Origin: Ostrea edulis
Lineage: Eukaryota
Direction of reading: 5' to 3'
NCBI RefSeq assembly: GCF_947568905.1
Contig: NC_079166.1
Location: 20,646,001 to 20,710,000 of the forward strand
DNA: 64,000 nt
The first letter of the stretch is position 1. Every line of letters starts with the position of its first letter. The notes below the pieces were generated by a model. The model searched no databases. It had not been told where the DNA came from and saw only the letters and a program-made list of their open reading frames with translations. The position numbers were made by a program, and so were the translations under genes. Below, piece by piece: positions 1 through 12,316 of the stretch.

Positions 1-219
1 TCTGCCCCCCCCCCCCCCCCCCTTCTCTCTCTCGGAATTTTCCTGTAACATATCTTTATGGTTCACTTCCATACAATTTGTCAGCACATACCAATATCTC
101 ATTTGACACGCTAGATATATCGTTTAGGGCCCCAAAGCATCATCGATGTCAATAAAAACATCTATGTATCCACACATGTACATACCAAACCTACAAGTAA
201 GATCCTCTGTTGACGTATC

Positions 220-222
<3 letters not shown>

Positions 223-280
<58 letters not shown>
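223..280 (+). repeat. (GA)n microsatellite
   Basis: Run of AG dinucleotides. It explains the ERERER stretch in ORF 146..418. Confidence 0.95.
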
Positions 281-281
<1 letters not shown>

Positions 282-1589
282 ATTATTGCCTGGTATCATT
301 ATCAAAACACCTTACTTGGGTAGCTGCGGATGTCAACCACCTGATATTTATTGTTAAAAGTTTGGTTGACAAGCGGCTTGTCGTTGTCCAGGATACAGGT
401 AAAATTTGGGGGTGTTAACTTAAAATTGGGTCTTTAAACTTCCACCCAAAGTCAATAAAAACGTGCAATTGAGGGTTTCAAAATCATAGTTTATCGACCA
501 TTCAATATATATATGGTAACATGCGTTTATTAATGGTAAATATCTGTTGAACACTCACCTCAAATTGTTTCAAGTTAAGTATGACAGATTTTTTTTTACA
601 GTCGGTCAAAGTATGGCATATTTTTCGAGATTTTTCTCACGTGTAACCTTCGTTACTGAGTCCTTGACATCATGATATGTAAGATAAACAATAATTTTCC
701 ATGTATTATTCCATAACTTGTATTGGAATTGACTGAGCATATATTTTTCTAATTTTCGAAAGACAATAAATACAGGTTTTCAAAGAAAATATTTAATCAA
801 CACAACAAGAAATTATCTGCTGTAAAAGTCAGCAATAAGATTTTAAGAGCGCAAAATAAACGACTAGATGTCACTTTCAATATCTTTGAAATGGCAAAAA
901 ATAAAATTGATTAACAAATATTCTCGAACAGTTCAATATGTATGAAACATGAAAACAAAAGACTAGCAATAGAGATAGAACGATAGCTTTTTTGTATGTA
1001 AATGAAGTAGCGCTATAATTATGTAACGTATGTTTCAACACTTACACAACAGTACATCCATGAAAATAGTATGCCAAAACGATGTCACCATCAGTTATTC
1101 TTTACGATTGATGTTGCAAAATCATAACGACATCACTTAATTCAATGGAAATACCAATTTTAATAGAAATATAACGTAGACAAGCAAAATATTTTACCAA
1201 ATGTGTCTTTTCTTCTGAATTTATTAATTTGCAATAAATGTGCGATTAAAACAAAAGTGATAGATTGATGTTTCGCTATATAAATGCCCATGATTCTTAT
1301 AGAAATAACAGACACATATTTTGAAACTTGGATTGCTCTTTGTTATAATAAACAATGAAAGTAACGTATGTTTCTTATTTTTCCTTTCATTACTATAAAC
1401 ACATCATTTCTATTCAAAAAATGGAAAGAATCATATGTACCCATTTCTAACAATCTGTTTACAATAATAATATAAAGAAAATGTTTAATTTCCCAACATT
1501 TTGATTAAATGTATACCGAATCTTATGTTTTTGTTGCTTATTTTGGAATACCTTTCCATAGAAACTGTCAGTATAATCCACCACGCGGA

Positions 1590-1975
1590 GTTATGAATGA
1601 ATATTTAACGTGAACCTTAAGACATAGATGTCCCCTATTAATTTTGAGGTCAAAAGGACAACGGTTAAACTACTCTGGACATACGCTATTGTCCGTTGAG
1701 AAATCTTTCCTTGATAGACATCAAACTTGAAACCTGGTGCCCCTTATGAATAGATGACCCCCATTGGATTCCAAGTCACAAGGTCAAAGGTCATACAAAA
1801 TTACTCAAATGACCAGTTGCTTATAAGTATTTTGAGAGACAAAACTTACATGTATCATTATGGTAGCCTTTGACCGGTAGTTAAACCTTTCTTTTCACTG
1901 TCTATACAGACATTCTACCTTTTCAGTATTGCCACAAGGGGAGGATATAATATTATTTCTAAAACATTTTTTCAT
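1590..1975. repeat. Degenerate Cg170-like satellite / Helentron-associated interspersed repeat
   Basis: Recurrent motifs 'gatgtcccctattaattttgaggtcaaaagg' and 'gatgacccccattggattccaagtcacaaggtcaaaggtca' resemble the oyster ~166-bp satellite (recalled, not searched). Confidence 0.5.
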
Positions 1976-4261
1976 GGTTCTTATGTTTTAACACATTTTT
2001 TCATGGTAGTTATTCTGTACTTCTACTCTCACAAGCGCCATTTCTGAAAAAATATAAATAAATAAAAAATTAAAAACAAGTAGAATAATATTACGTAACG
2101 GAATTTCTGGTAACATATGTTACACTCAGATAAAATATTTTTGAATGATTTCTCTATAAGATTGCATAGAACAATCATCAGAGATTAGTCCCTTCATTTC
2201 TAAAATATATTATGAAAAGATGCTGAATTCTAGCAAATTGATAAATGTAGAGTTGCATAGTTACATGTATCATAAATAGGACAGTAGCAGAGGAAAATAT
2301 GGCCTGTATTTCTTGCAGAGGATATCTGTATATGCTAGTGAATACGGTAACAATAACACATTTGTTTTTTCATAACATAGTTGATATTCAACAAACATAT
2401 CATTAATGATGATATTTTGTCAATATGTAGTTCAATATTTGATGTCTAATCAAGCATTTCATTAAGTAGCATACGTTACTTTGAGTTACGTAAGTTACCA
2501 GCATTCTACTCAATGTAACTCTTACACCAGAAGAATTTCGAGATATTTGGAATACGATATACATTCTTTGATATCAGAAGAACAAATTCAGACCAAAACA
2601 TTCCATCTGCTTAATCAATATTGCATATCAAACATTGCAGTTGTTGTAACAGTACTTACCGTAAGAGAAAATTAATCCTAATTCTCAAAGTTTAACACGT
2701 ATTGACTTTCAAACTCAAATGTTCATAGTAGACGTTCATGTCGTATACAACACCATGCAGAGAGAGAGAGCAAAAATACGCCGGAAATTGTTCTATCATT
2801 CCCTTTAATTAATTTCTCGGTAACGAATGTTACATCACGAATGTTACATCTTGACACGTTTGTCAAATTTCAGACCAACCAATGACTTCTGCAAAAGAAA
2901 TGTTTATATTTTCATTCTCTGTACACTACGAGATTTTCATAAAAGGGGTAACATTTGCTCTGCAAATACGTTTTCATAAAGTTTATTTTATCGTATGTTA
3001 CATTTCTAAAATCAGAATGCAAAATTTTGAGAATATGATGACTTCTTCTCAATGCCACATCCAAATATCGCTTGATGAATATTTTTCCACAGTTTTTGAA
3101 TATTTTAACGCCAAAATAGATCAAAAACATAAAGATAATACGAAATCTGTGTCCATACATTGGGTGTTTAATTGACCCTATGATCACATAATATAATCTG
3201 GCGACATGGAGTAATATATACACCACTGCTTAAAATCATACGCAAAAGTTGTTTAACTTTTATTGAATGAAAATTTAGGAAATACAAATGATATTAACGC
3301 AAAGAAAATTTAAAAACACGCTCTCAGATTTTTATATTTGCTTGTTCAATTTTAAAAATTGAGTCGGCGACAGTCACGTACGTTACAAAATTAGGGTATC
3401 TACGCTGCCTACCAAGTTTATAAGTAAAGGGGAAATAAAAAGTATACCATGCCTAGGGAGGCTATGGGTTCATGAATGTATAGCACACAAAATATATGAT
3501 TTGGTATAGCTTATTTTCTAATAAAGTGCCGGCGACATCGATTGCACGCTTTTATTGACTTTGAGTGTTCATTTATTCATCCTGATAAAGCAATTTCTTA
3601 TCAAAACACTTATAAGCTAAACAACCTCGACAAATGATGTTTTAAGTCAAGTCCAAATGGTTGAAACCGAATACTACCCTTTAACATATATCATTCCTTT
3701 GAAGCCCATCGCTGTTCTGAAAGGCTCGTATAACAGTCCTTTAACATCGTACGGAAGTGTTCCGGTCAATGTATACCCCAATTATCGCTGGCGGGGCCGA
3801 TTGTAGGTTATTGGTTTCGTGTAGCTTGCGTGACATGGCTATTTAACACTGATAGTATCACACACACCATTCATTGGTCGATCTTTACAGGTCCTCGTAT
3901 AGCTTTTTATTCAAATGCTGACAATGATATTTTTAATGTCTATAACGAATACAGTCTCAATGTTTACACGGGCTTTTTTCTAAGTAGCAACTGATACCCA
4001 TAAGCTCGCAAAATAGTGTTACCATCATTAATTATCAGGTTTTGTATGGATTTTATAAATTTAATGATTAAACTTCCGTTACAATATCGCACACAATACA
4101 GGGGAACATACATGAATTGGTCTAATTTTAGTAATTTTGGCTTCTGTGTGATTCTTTTGAAACTGTTTTAACGGTATCAAAATATGATATTTTTTCCAGT
4201 TTCTGTTAGTTTCCTGTGGAAGGCTGTCAATTTCGTGGAATTGCCTATTGTGTTCCTTACC

Positions 4262-4292
<31 letters not shown>

Positions 4293-4925
4293 ACCACACA
4301 CACAAAACAAGGGAACACGTTGTAATTCAAATGCAGAGATGTGTCATACTCAGAAAATAAAGAAAAGTTTCGAGGTTTATTTCCTGCTCTCTCCCGATAG
4401 AATCTGTAATTCTGTATACAATCGGTCTGCCGTTTATTGCGGTTCTGCTGGTTTCTGATTTGGACTAGTTTTAGTGGTTGGTTACAATATCCCTAAAATT
4501 ACAATCAGCAATTTTGGGGATAGATGTGGTAAATCGACAAAAGATGTAGTTGGCACGTGAAAGGTGAAGACAACCAACAGTGATCAATCTCATAAATCCT
4601 ACACGGAATACAAAATTAATCAAAATTGAAGAGTTTTCCAATTGTTATGCAATATATCATAAACCCTTGCGCATTATCGAAATGGTATATGTATCATACT
4701 TTCATTTAAAAATATTCCAATCTGGTTGGCCGAGAAATGGTTAAAAAAAAAGCATGATGGTTCCCTATGGAAGTAAAGGCCACGCCCTCCAGGATGCCAG
4801 TACTTAGCAACCGGAACATTACTTGGCAACCGGCGATATTATGAAAAGCAATATCATATGCATCAAACTGATGGGCGTGCGGTTTTCCGGATATTTTAGA
4901 AAACGTCATGTGCGCGTTTGAGTCA

Positions 4926-5075
4926 GGGCGGGTGTGACCGATCGACAGGGGATGCTTACTCCTCCTAGGCACCTGATCCCCCCTTCTGGTGTGTCCAGGG
5001 GTCCGTGTTTGCCCAACTATCTATTTCGGTTTGTTTATAGGAGTTATGAGATTGATAACTGTTCATTATCTTGCA
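4926..5075 (+). mobile_element. Penelope-like element 3' terminal repeat fragment
   Basis: 'gcgggtgtgaccgatcgacaggggatgcttactcctcctaggcacctgatccc...' matches the reverse complement of the repeat at 41870-42089. Confidence 0.85.
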
Positions 5076-5870
5076 TTCTGTTGTGCGTTATCGAGTTATT
5101 TTGAATGAAATCGATAATCGGCAAGTATATTGACACCTAAATGTACCGTGTAACTATTACAGAAAAGTTACGATTTGAGATGATTTTGACATAGCCATGT
5201 TAGGTAGCAAGTAAATATGACCCCGATTCATTTTTATATTCATACTCTCTTTGAGGAAATAATGCTAATGTAAACTAAGAACTAAATCCGTGGCTTTCAT
5301 TAGTCCGCCCCCATCCCCGCTATTCTGTTTTTACACTTCACAACTGAAAACGGAGTGTTGGGGCGTGGATCAGACTAGGCTTTCATACTATACCAGTATT
5401 AATTTTCAATGCTCAATACCATATATTATATGTCTAGAAGGTCTGTAGATTTTTCATTTTATATCAATTATTTGTGTTCATGATAAATGAAGACCGAATA
5501 CTTAATTATGAAAAGATTCAAAAGATTCAAATCTCAACAGGAATCTATGTGATTAGCTTCCTACAAGTAACATAGCTATGTCACCAAATGAAATAGTTTG
5601 AAGCTGTTAGTTTTCGGGTCACATGTGACTTTAATAATGGATGTTTAAATGTGTGTTTGGACACAAGTATAATGGTTTTATAATATATTTAGTATTTTTT
5701 GTAGAAAATATTTGAGACGATGGTATAATATACAGCGATTTATGGCCCTTACCGTACACTGAGTTTTCTAAACCGTAATTCCAATGATTTTTATAATGTA
5801 TCCCTCTGGTTTGTCTCGATATTTTCACAGAGAGCTACAAATATGTGTATGCAGCTAGCGTCTCTACATG

Positions 5871-6080
5871 GTAAATCAGACTCGATATTATCCAGTTTGT
5901 TTTGGCCTTTCTGCTGAGTAAATCGAACACGACATTATCTAGTTTGGTTTGGCCTTTCGGCCGAGTAAATCGAACACGACATTATCCAGTTTGGTTTGGC
6001 GTCTATATAGGGTAAACTCGAACTCGACGCTATACATTTTGTTTTGGTATCTCTGTCGTATAAATCGAACTCAGCATTAT
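5871..6080. repeat. 47-bp tandem minisatellite, about 4.5 copies; remnant resumes near 6655-6735
   Basis: Unit approx. gtaaatcgaacacgacattatccagtttggtttggcctttcggccga. Confidence 0.85.
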
Positions 6081-6655
6081 GAGAGGCGAAGATAACGAAC
6101 AGTGATCAATCTCATAACTCCTATAAGAGTTGGGCAAACACAGACCCCTGGATATACCAGAGGTGCAACCAGATACCTAGGGAGAATAAGTACCCCCCTG
6201 TTGACCGGTCACACCCGCTCTGAGCCCTATATCCTGATCAGGTAAACGGAGTTATACGTAGTCAAAACCAGTGTTCCAAGAACGGCCTGACAATCGTGAT
6301 GAAACACGTCAGATAGCATTTGACCCAATGATAGATTGTATTAGTAAGCTGAGTCGTTATACGTTATTATATATAGTAAGCTAGATCGTTATAACGACCA
6401 TAGAATTTACGAAATGCTGACTTTAAACGAGACTGTTGGAACACCTGCACCATCAACTTGTTTGTCAGTAGCTTACCTCGATTTAAAAAAAAAAACCCTG
6501 ACCTTACGCAGAAGAAGCTCTTGCGTATCGAATCAGTTGAGAGATACAAACACCATATGCAGGTGATAATGGAATACTGCTACATAAATATGGGAAGTTG
6601 ACGATGGAGAAGCTGACATCTTCCGTTTGTTATAAAGTTGGGTTGTTAATTTGGC
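6081..6655 (-). mobile_element. 5'-truncated Penelope-like element (RT C-terminus plus 3' repeat)
   Basis: ORF 6367..6549 'NRGKLLTNKLMVQVFQQSRLKSAFRKFYGRYNDL' matches the C-terminus of the RT at 40.2-40.6 kb; the 3' repeat is present. Confidence 0.9.
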
Positions 6656-8356
6656 GTTATCCAGTTTGTATAGGCGAGTAAATCGAACAAGAAAATTTTC
6701 CAGTTTTCGGATTTACGATGTCAAATCGAATTTGCCATTTCTCAAGAATAACAGACAGATATGTACATGTATGTAGCAGCAGAGAAACTGTTAATGGGTT
6801 TATGTGATTCCGTTTGTTATAGACACTGGGTGTACTGTGGAACGTCTATAATGCGTTTAGAGGGTACATTTATCTGTTTACGACGGTTTACATGTTGATT
6901 TCACCAAACAGATTTGCTATCCCATGTTTTACAAATCACGCATTTTCCGCCATACTAAATTTCAACATCGCAAATAATAAATTTTAGGTTCAAATTGTAA
7001 ATTTGACAAATTCAAAATAAACGTATTCAACAAAATAACAAAATAGTAATACATTAAAAATAGAAGAAGAAAAACCAACAACACCCCCCCCCCCCCAAGA
7101 AAATCCAGAAAAAAATGGCTTGTAAGCTATCTGATGGTTTTGAATGCTATATATTACAGTGTATAAGAAACATGGCGATATCCTTGAAAGGGGGAGGGGG
7201 GTGAATTATGTCTTCATTACTGAAATCCTATCGATTCTTCCTCTCAATATTCATAGCAAGCAGGCTATATGTCGGTGTTTATGGTCCATATCACGTGTTT
7301 ATCACGTGCATGTAATGACATCACTCTATGTTTACATTTCCAATTGCCCTTTGATATCTACAAACATTTCATGAACGAAATTCATTTCTTACACACCTCT
7401 TATAAATTCGATATATAAGCACTCAATAGCGCAGCATCTTGACAACATATGCCTGTCTTAGCAGCTAAGACATTTCTAGTTGAATTATATACCAATGGAG
7501 GAAACGGTAAAGGAAATATTCAGGATATATCATATTTCTTATCTTATATTAGATTAACGGGTTTTTCAGTTCTTTGGAATGAAAAATCCGAATAGTGATA
7601 TTCAATTTAAAGTAGTGAAATAAATGTTTTCCAAAATGATAACTTTGCGACTTAAATAGCAAGAAACGTGGAACCGGATCAGAAAGCAATCGTGCCAGTA
7701 CATACGCCATGCCAACACTGAATATCAAAGGAAAGTCCGATCTCTTCAGGTTTTGGCATTTAAATTATCCATTACATGGAGAGAAAAAAAGCAACTTTTC
7801 TGAAATATTTTCTTATTTGGAAAAAATCCCCATTTTACCGGAAATACGATGACGACGGAGATTAAGTCGAATAGGGAAACAATTGATTTGTAATTAAATC
7901 TATGAATGGTGTTACTGGCAGTGAGGTGATTGATTGTTTTCAGAATCGTATTCAAGATTCCCACATAGACACTCAGTTCACACGATTATCCCATTACTGC
8001 CTTTATCAGGCTCCGAGTATCTTCAATGCAGGTTCCCTACATCAATGAGTTCGTTATTTAGAATTCTGCTGCAGACAAATTAAGAGGTTTATTTCTTTAA
8101 AAAAAAAAACGTACAATTTTTCAAAAAAATTATTTCCTACAACATCTGTAAATGTGTTTTCTAGAATCACCACCATGATTCCATAACTTATAAAGTACAT
8201 GTATGCAACTAAAGTGAGACAACAAGATCCAGTTCCTACAATAGTATCTAGCAATTCTTAAGAGGGACATTAAACAATATTCAATCAATCTACATTGTAA
8301 GTGCCGAGGGTATGGCAAAGGAGCGATCGCTGCCTATGTTGCGACTTGGTAGGGCG

Positions 8357-8606
8357 TCCCGTGTGGATTCGGACTAGAATACATGTACGTCCTTAGTCTC
8401 CCTGGCTTATAGTAAGAGTCGACTATTTGGGGCGGTCCTTCGGATGAGACCGCGAAAACAGAGATCCCTTGTGACAGCAGGTGTGACACGATGAAATCAC
8501 TCCCTGTTCAAAGGCAGTAACCGCTGAGCAAAGACCTATTTTTTTCCAGCCCTTCACCAACAATGGTGACTTTTCCGTTTGAGTGAAAGATTCTCGAGGG
8601 TCCCCC
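8357..8606 (+). mobile_element. SINE (probably Meta-domain family)
   Basis: Homologous to the TSD-bounded copies at 16721 and 58029. The core 'gtaagagtcgactatttggggcggtccttcggatgagacc' is shared. Family name is from memory. Confidence 0.8.
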
Positions 8607-8615
8607 AATCAATCT

Positions 8616-8746
8616 TGGTACGAGCAGGATTTCAACTCATGACCTCCGGGTCACGAAGCGAACGCTGTACAACTGAACTACCACGACTGAACGCTGTACA
8701 ACTGAACTACCACGACTGAACGCTGTACAACTGAACTACCACGACT
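8616..8746 (-). other. Degenerate tRNA-like sequence (SINE head or tRNA pseudogene) with triplicated 5' 29 bp
   Basis: Minus strand has A-box-like TAGTTCAGTTG and B-box-like GAGTTGAAATCC and ends in CCA. The stems pair poorly. A 29-bp unit occurs 3 times at 8660-8746. Confidence 0.6.
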
Positions 8747-8844
8747 GGTGAATGTGACGTTATGGATATCCTCTTTTTCTAAACGCTGCCTAAGATAGCC
8801 CATCCTCCTATCCTTGATGTATCGTAAAGATAAATACTAGATCA

Positions 8845-9890
8845 GCTTACACTAAACAGATGTACACTATACATAAAGAGTTCTACTAGAAAGATGTATA
8901 CTGTACATATATAAATTTACTAGACTAATGTACACTATGCATAGAGAAATCTACTAGACAGATGTACACTATACATACATGTAGACAAATTTACTAGACA
9001 GATGTACACTATACATAGAGAAACCTACTAGACCTATGTACACCGTACATAAATAAATCTACTAGACTGATGTACACTGTACATAGAGAAATCTACTAGA
9101 CAGATGTACACTATACATAGAGAAATCTACTAGACAGATATACACTATACATAGAGAAATATATTAGACAGGTGTACACTGTACATAAAGAAATCTACTA
9201 CACAGATGTGCACTATACATAGAGAAATCTACTAGACAGATGTACACTATACATAGAAAAATCTACTAGACAATGTACATTATACATAGAGAAATCTATT
9301 AAACAGATGTACACTATGCATAGAGAAATCTACTAGACAGATGTACACTATACATAGAGAAATCTATTAGACAGATGTACACTATACATAGAGAAATCTA
9401 CTAGACAGATGTACACTATACATAGAGAAATCTACTAGACAGATGTACACTATACATAGAGAAATCTACTAGACAGATGTACACTATACATAGAGAAATC
9501 TACTAGACAGATGTACACTATACATAGAGAAATCTACTAGATCTACTAGACAGATATACACTGTACATAGAGAAATCTACTAGATAAATGTGCACTGTAC
9601 ATAAAGAAATTTACTAGACAAATGTACGCTGTACATAAAGAAATATAATAGACATGCATACATTGTACAGAAAGAAATCTATTACACAGATGTATATTGA
9701 GAAATCTACTAAACAGATGTCCAATGTACATAGAGAAATTTACTAGACAGATGCACAGTGTACATAAAGAAATGTACTAGACAAATGTACATTGTACATA
9801 GAGAAATCTACTAAACAGGTATACAGTGTACATAGAGAAATGTACTAGACAAATGTACATTGTACATAGAGAAATCTACTAAACAAGTGT
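8845..9890. repeat. 34-bp tandem satellite, about 30 copies; remnant at 11176-11260
   Basis: Unit tacatagagaaatctactagacagatgtacacta repeated head-to-tail without spacers. Confidence 0.97.
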
Positions 9891-9891
9891 A

Positions 9892-11175
9892 TGTAACGTT
9901 GTAGTGGAATATCCTGGAAACTGTCGTGGTGGGGGTTATCAACCTCACCCTTGTGATTGATAAGTTAAACGCGACATCGATACAGACATGTGTTTCAGCA
10001 GATTATGACAAAGGAGAAAGAAATAAATGACTGGAGATGATGATTTAATTTGGCGATAGTGAACAACGGGCCCAGCTATATACACTGGCAGGTAATAGAG
10101 TCTGTGATAAGGTGACGGAACCCGAGGAAAATATCAACGCTACCTGTTCAAAGAAAATGGATAAACTTAACAGAAAGTAGTTCTACATCTGTAAAAATAC
10201 AATTACGAATTAAACATTAAAATATAAGTTTAATTCATTAGCACATATAGAAGTAATTTTTTTCATCTTTAAATCGCTATTTCCAAGTAACTGAACAGAA
10301 GAAAGGTGTAATAATCTGGTTTGGTGGATCCAATAAAATAAGCCGGAAGTATACCCACAATGCACCGCCAAGAGAGAAAAACATAAACAAGACAACCGGT
10401 GTAACCGTGGTGGCTGTCGCTGGTGACCAGGGTCGCTCTTAATAGAATATATAGGGAAAAGAACGACTCGGATCACCGGCTTCTGCTCATGCGTGGTATT
10501 TAACTCGAAGTGGTGCCCTACTGGTTTTAAATCCATAGTAATAATAAACCCCCTTCTCAGTTTTCTGTTTCGTATGCACATCATAACTTGAAAGATACAA
10601 ATTAACTTGTATTATCCAACTCCAAAATTGATATTTTAATGCATAAGATTTCTGAATTATGTCTAAGATATTTAATAACGAATAAACAACTTGAAAACAA
10701 TGGCTATTTATTCAAAGCATATTTACAAGAAACAGTACAATTTACAGCCGATAAATCCGTTTACGATTATTTTACAAATAAACTACCCCAAACTGCACAT
10801 AATGTAAACATAGCTTGTTGCATAAGGTCGATTGATTTACAATTATAAGGGATCTACAGTTCTTAACAACATTCATGTTAAACATGAAAATAGATTAACA
10901 CGTATTTCAACACGGAAACCCATATAGCAATACACCGACCAGAGCCATAGCCGATTCTGATACTGTTTGTAAACATATACAACAGAACCCTCGCCGATTC
11001 TGATACTGTTTGTAAACATATACAACAGAACCCTCGCCGATTCTGATACTGTTTGTAAACATATACATCGCATTATCGTCGATCATTATTCAGAACCAAT
11101 GAATGATACTTTAAAGTGCTATGTATTATACACAAGGTGAAAGTTAGGGATCATTTCAAAAGTCAAAACATTACA
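9892..11175. mobile_element. Candidate solo LTR inserted into the 34-bp satellite
   Basis: Starts TGTAACGTT and ends AACATTACA (imperfect inverted termini, TG...CA). Satellite units flank both sides. The flanks tgta/tgtg give an imperfect 4-bp TSD. Confidence 0.5.
10950..11067. repeat. 43-bp tandem repeat, 2.7 copies
   Basis: gccgattctgatactgtttgtaaacatatacaacagaaccctc starts at 10950, 10993 and 11036. Confidence 0.95.
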
Positions 11176-11342
11176 TGTGCATAAAGAAATTTATTGGACA
11201 GATGTACATAAAAGAAATGTATTGTAAAAATGTACATAAAGAGATTTTTTGAACAGGTAAAAATCTACTGAATTACTGTAATACTGATATATTTCATAAC
11301 GAAAGAGTTCGTCTATGTAAAGACACATGTCTCTGGTCTATG

Positions 11343-11441
11343 CAGGGACGGATCCAGGAAGTTTTGAAGGGTGGGAGTTCCACCATTAATTTTGCTTTTC
11401 AAAAGGGGAGACCCCGGAACCCCACTCTGGATCCTCCAATG
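11343..11441. mobile_element. ~100-bp MITE abutting the IL-17 stop codon
   Basis: Imperfect TIRs cagggacggatccag / ctggatcctccaatg. No clean TSD. Confidence 0.65.
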
Positions 11442-12127
11442 CTATTGTAGCATTTCATTAAATTGAGTTCTGCGGATACGTCTAACCTGAGTGCAGCCAA
11501 CGGCCAAGGGAAAGAACTCCTCACGAATTTCAGTACAGCCCACTCTCTTTAAGACTTTGATGTACGTATAAACAGGCATGCACCTGTAATGATGACGATC
11601 AGTACTATTCACTCCATATTGACATGCGCACTTAGCCTCCCATAGCGTGTCAGGTACCCTATTCTGATCGATATTTCGTACGAAAGTCCATGGACAATTT
11701 GCAATTTCATTGGTAGGTAGGTAGTGCCTAGGGCTGGACTCCATTCCAAAGTGTTCACATCGTGTATGTTCGGTATATAGTCCAGTCTGGGCTGTGTATA
11801 GAGTCTCATTCAACACATCTTCTTCGCCTTTCGAAAATGAAAGTGAGATTGGATTGCTACAGAAAATTTCTAAACTTCCAACGTGATGAAAACCGAATAT
11901 CACCTACAACGAATAATAAAAGTTAGGCGAGTGTGTGATTCAACGTGTAGATATCACATGACAAAAATATAAACATAAAAATGAAAATAAAGAGATTATA
12001 CATTATATACAAGAATTATATGTAAAAGAATGCTATTGCTCTGACATATAAATCTTACTATTGACTAATACTATTGTGATACCATTAGAATAAGATGAAG
12101 TTGTTGGTTTTTGATTTTCAATTCCAT
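11442..12127 (-). CDS. IL17: Interleukin-17-like protein 'A', 168 aa, 2 exons: complement(join(11442..11903,12083..12127))
   Basis: Exon 2 has IL-17 motifs CPW, 'RVPDTLWEAKC', 'CMPVY..IKVL' and 'VGCT'. The ORF's GTG 'start' directly follows an acceptor (ttgtag). Exon 1 MELKIKNQQLHLILM (45 nt, phase 0, donor ATG|GTATCA) completes a plausible signal peptide. TATA box 64 nt upstream. The same structure is conserved in the duplicate. Confidence 0.9.
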
Positions 12128-12184
12128 CTTCTTTACTTGTGAGCAGTACTATTGTACCTATTTCATCGACAATATTTGATTCTT

Positions 12185-12191
12185 TTTTATA
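12185..12191 (-). promoter_or_regulatory. TATA box of IL-17 'A'
   Basis: TATAAAA on the minus strand, conserved in the duplicate near 25822-25828. Confidence 0.7.
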
Positions 12192-12290
12192 TCAAATTGA
12201 TTTCCGTCAAAAGTCCACAATTAATTATTATTCGTAGATTAATTACCAATTAGGTGTTTTTTCCCCCGATATCAAGGATTATCAATTGTT

Positions 12291-12316
12291 TCACGTAACT
12301 TCCGGTACGGAAGAAG
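12291..12316 (-). promoter_or_regulatory. Conserved ETS/bZIP composite GGAAGTTACGTGA
   Basis: 13 bp identical at 12291-12303 and 25929-25941, about 100 bp upstream of the TATA box. Confidence 0.5.

Noticed and set aside
7900-8080. WSC-domain-like 'ECLCGN' on the minus strand
   Set aside because: Only one short motif, flanked by stops, with no other WSC cysteines or splice signals.
8441-8457. Hammerhead-like CGGATGAG-ACCG-CGAAA in a SINE copy
   Set aside because: The core has G instead of the essential U4, other copies lack GAAA, and there are no stems I/III.
8845-9890. 34-bp (also 47-bp and 43-bp) repeats as CRISPR arrays
   Set aside because: Head-to-tail units with no unique spacers, no cas genes, and a eukaryotic context.
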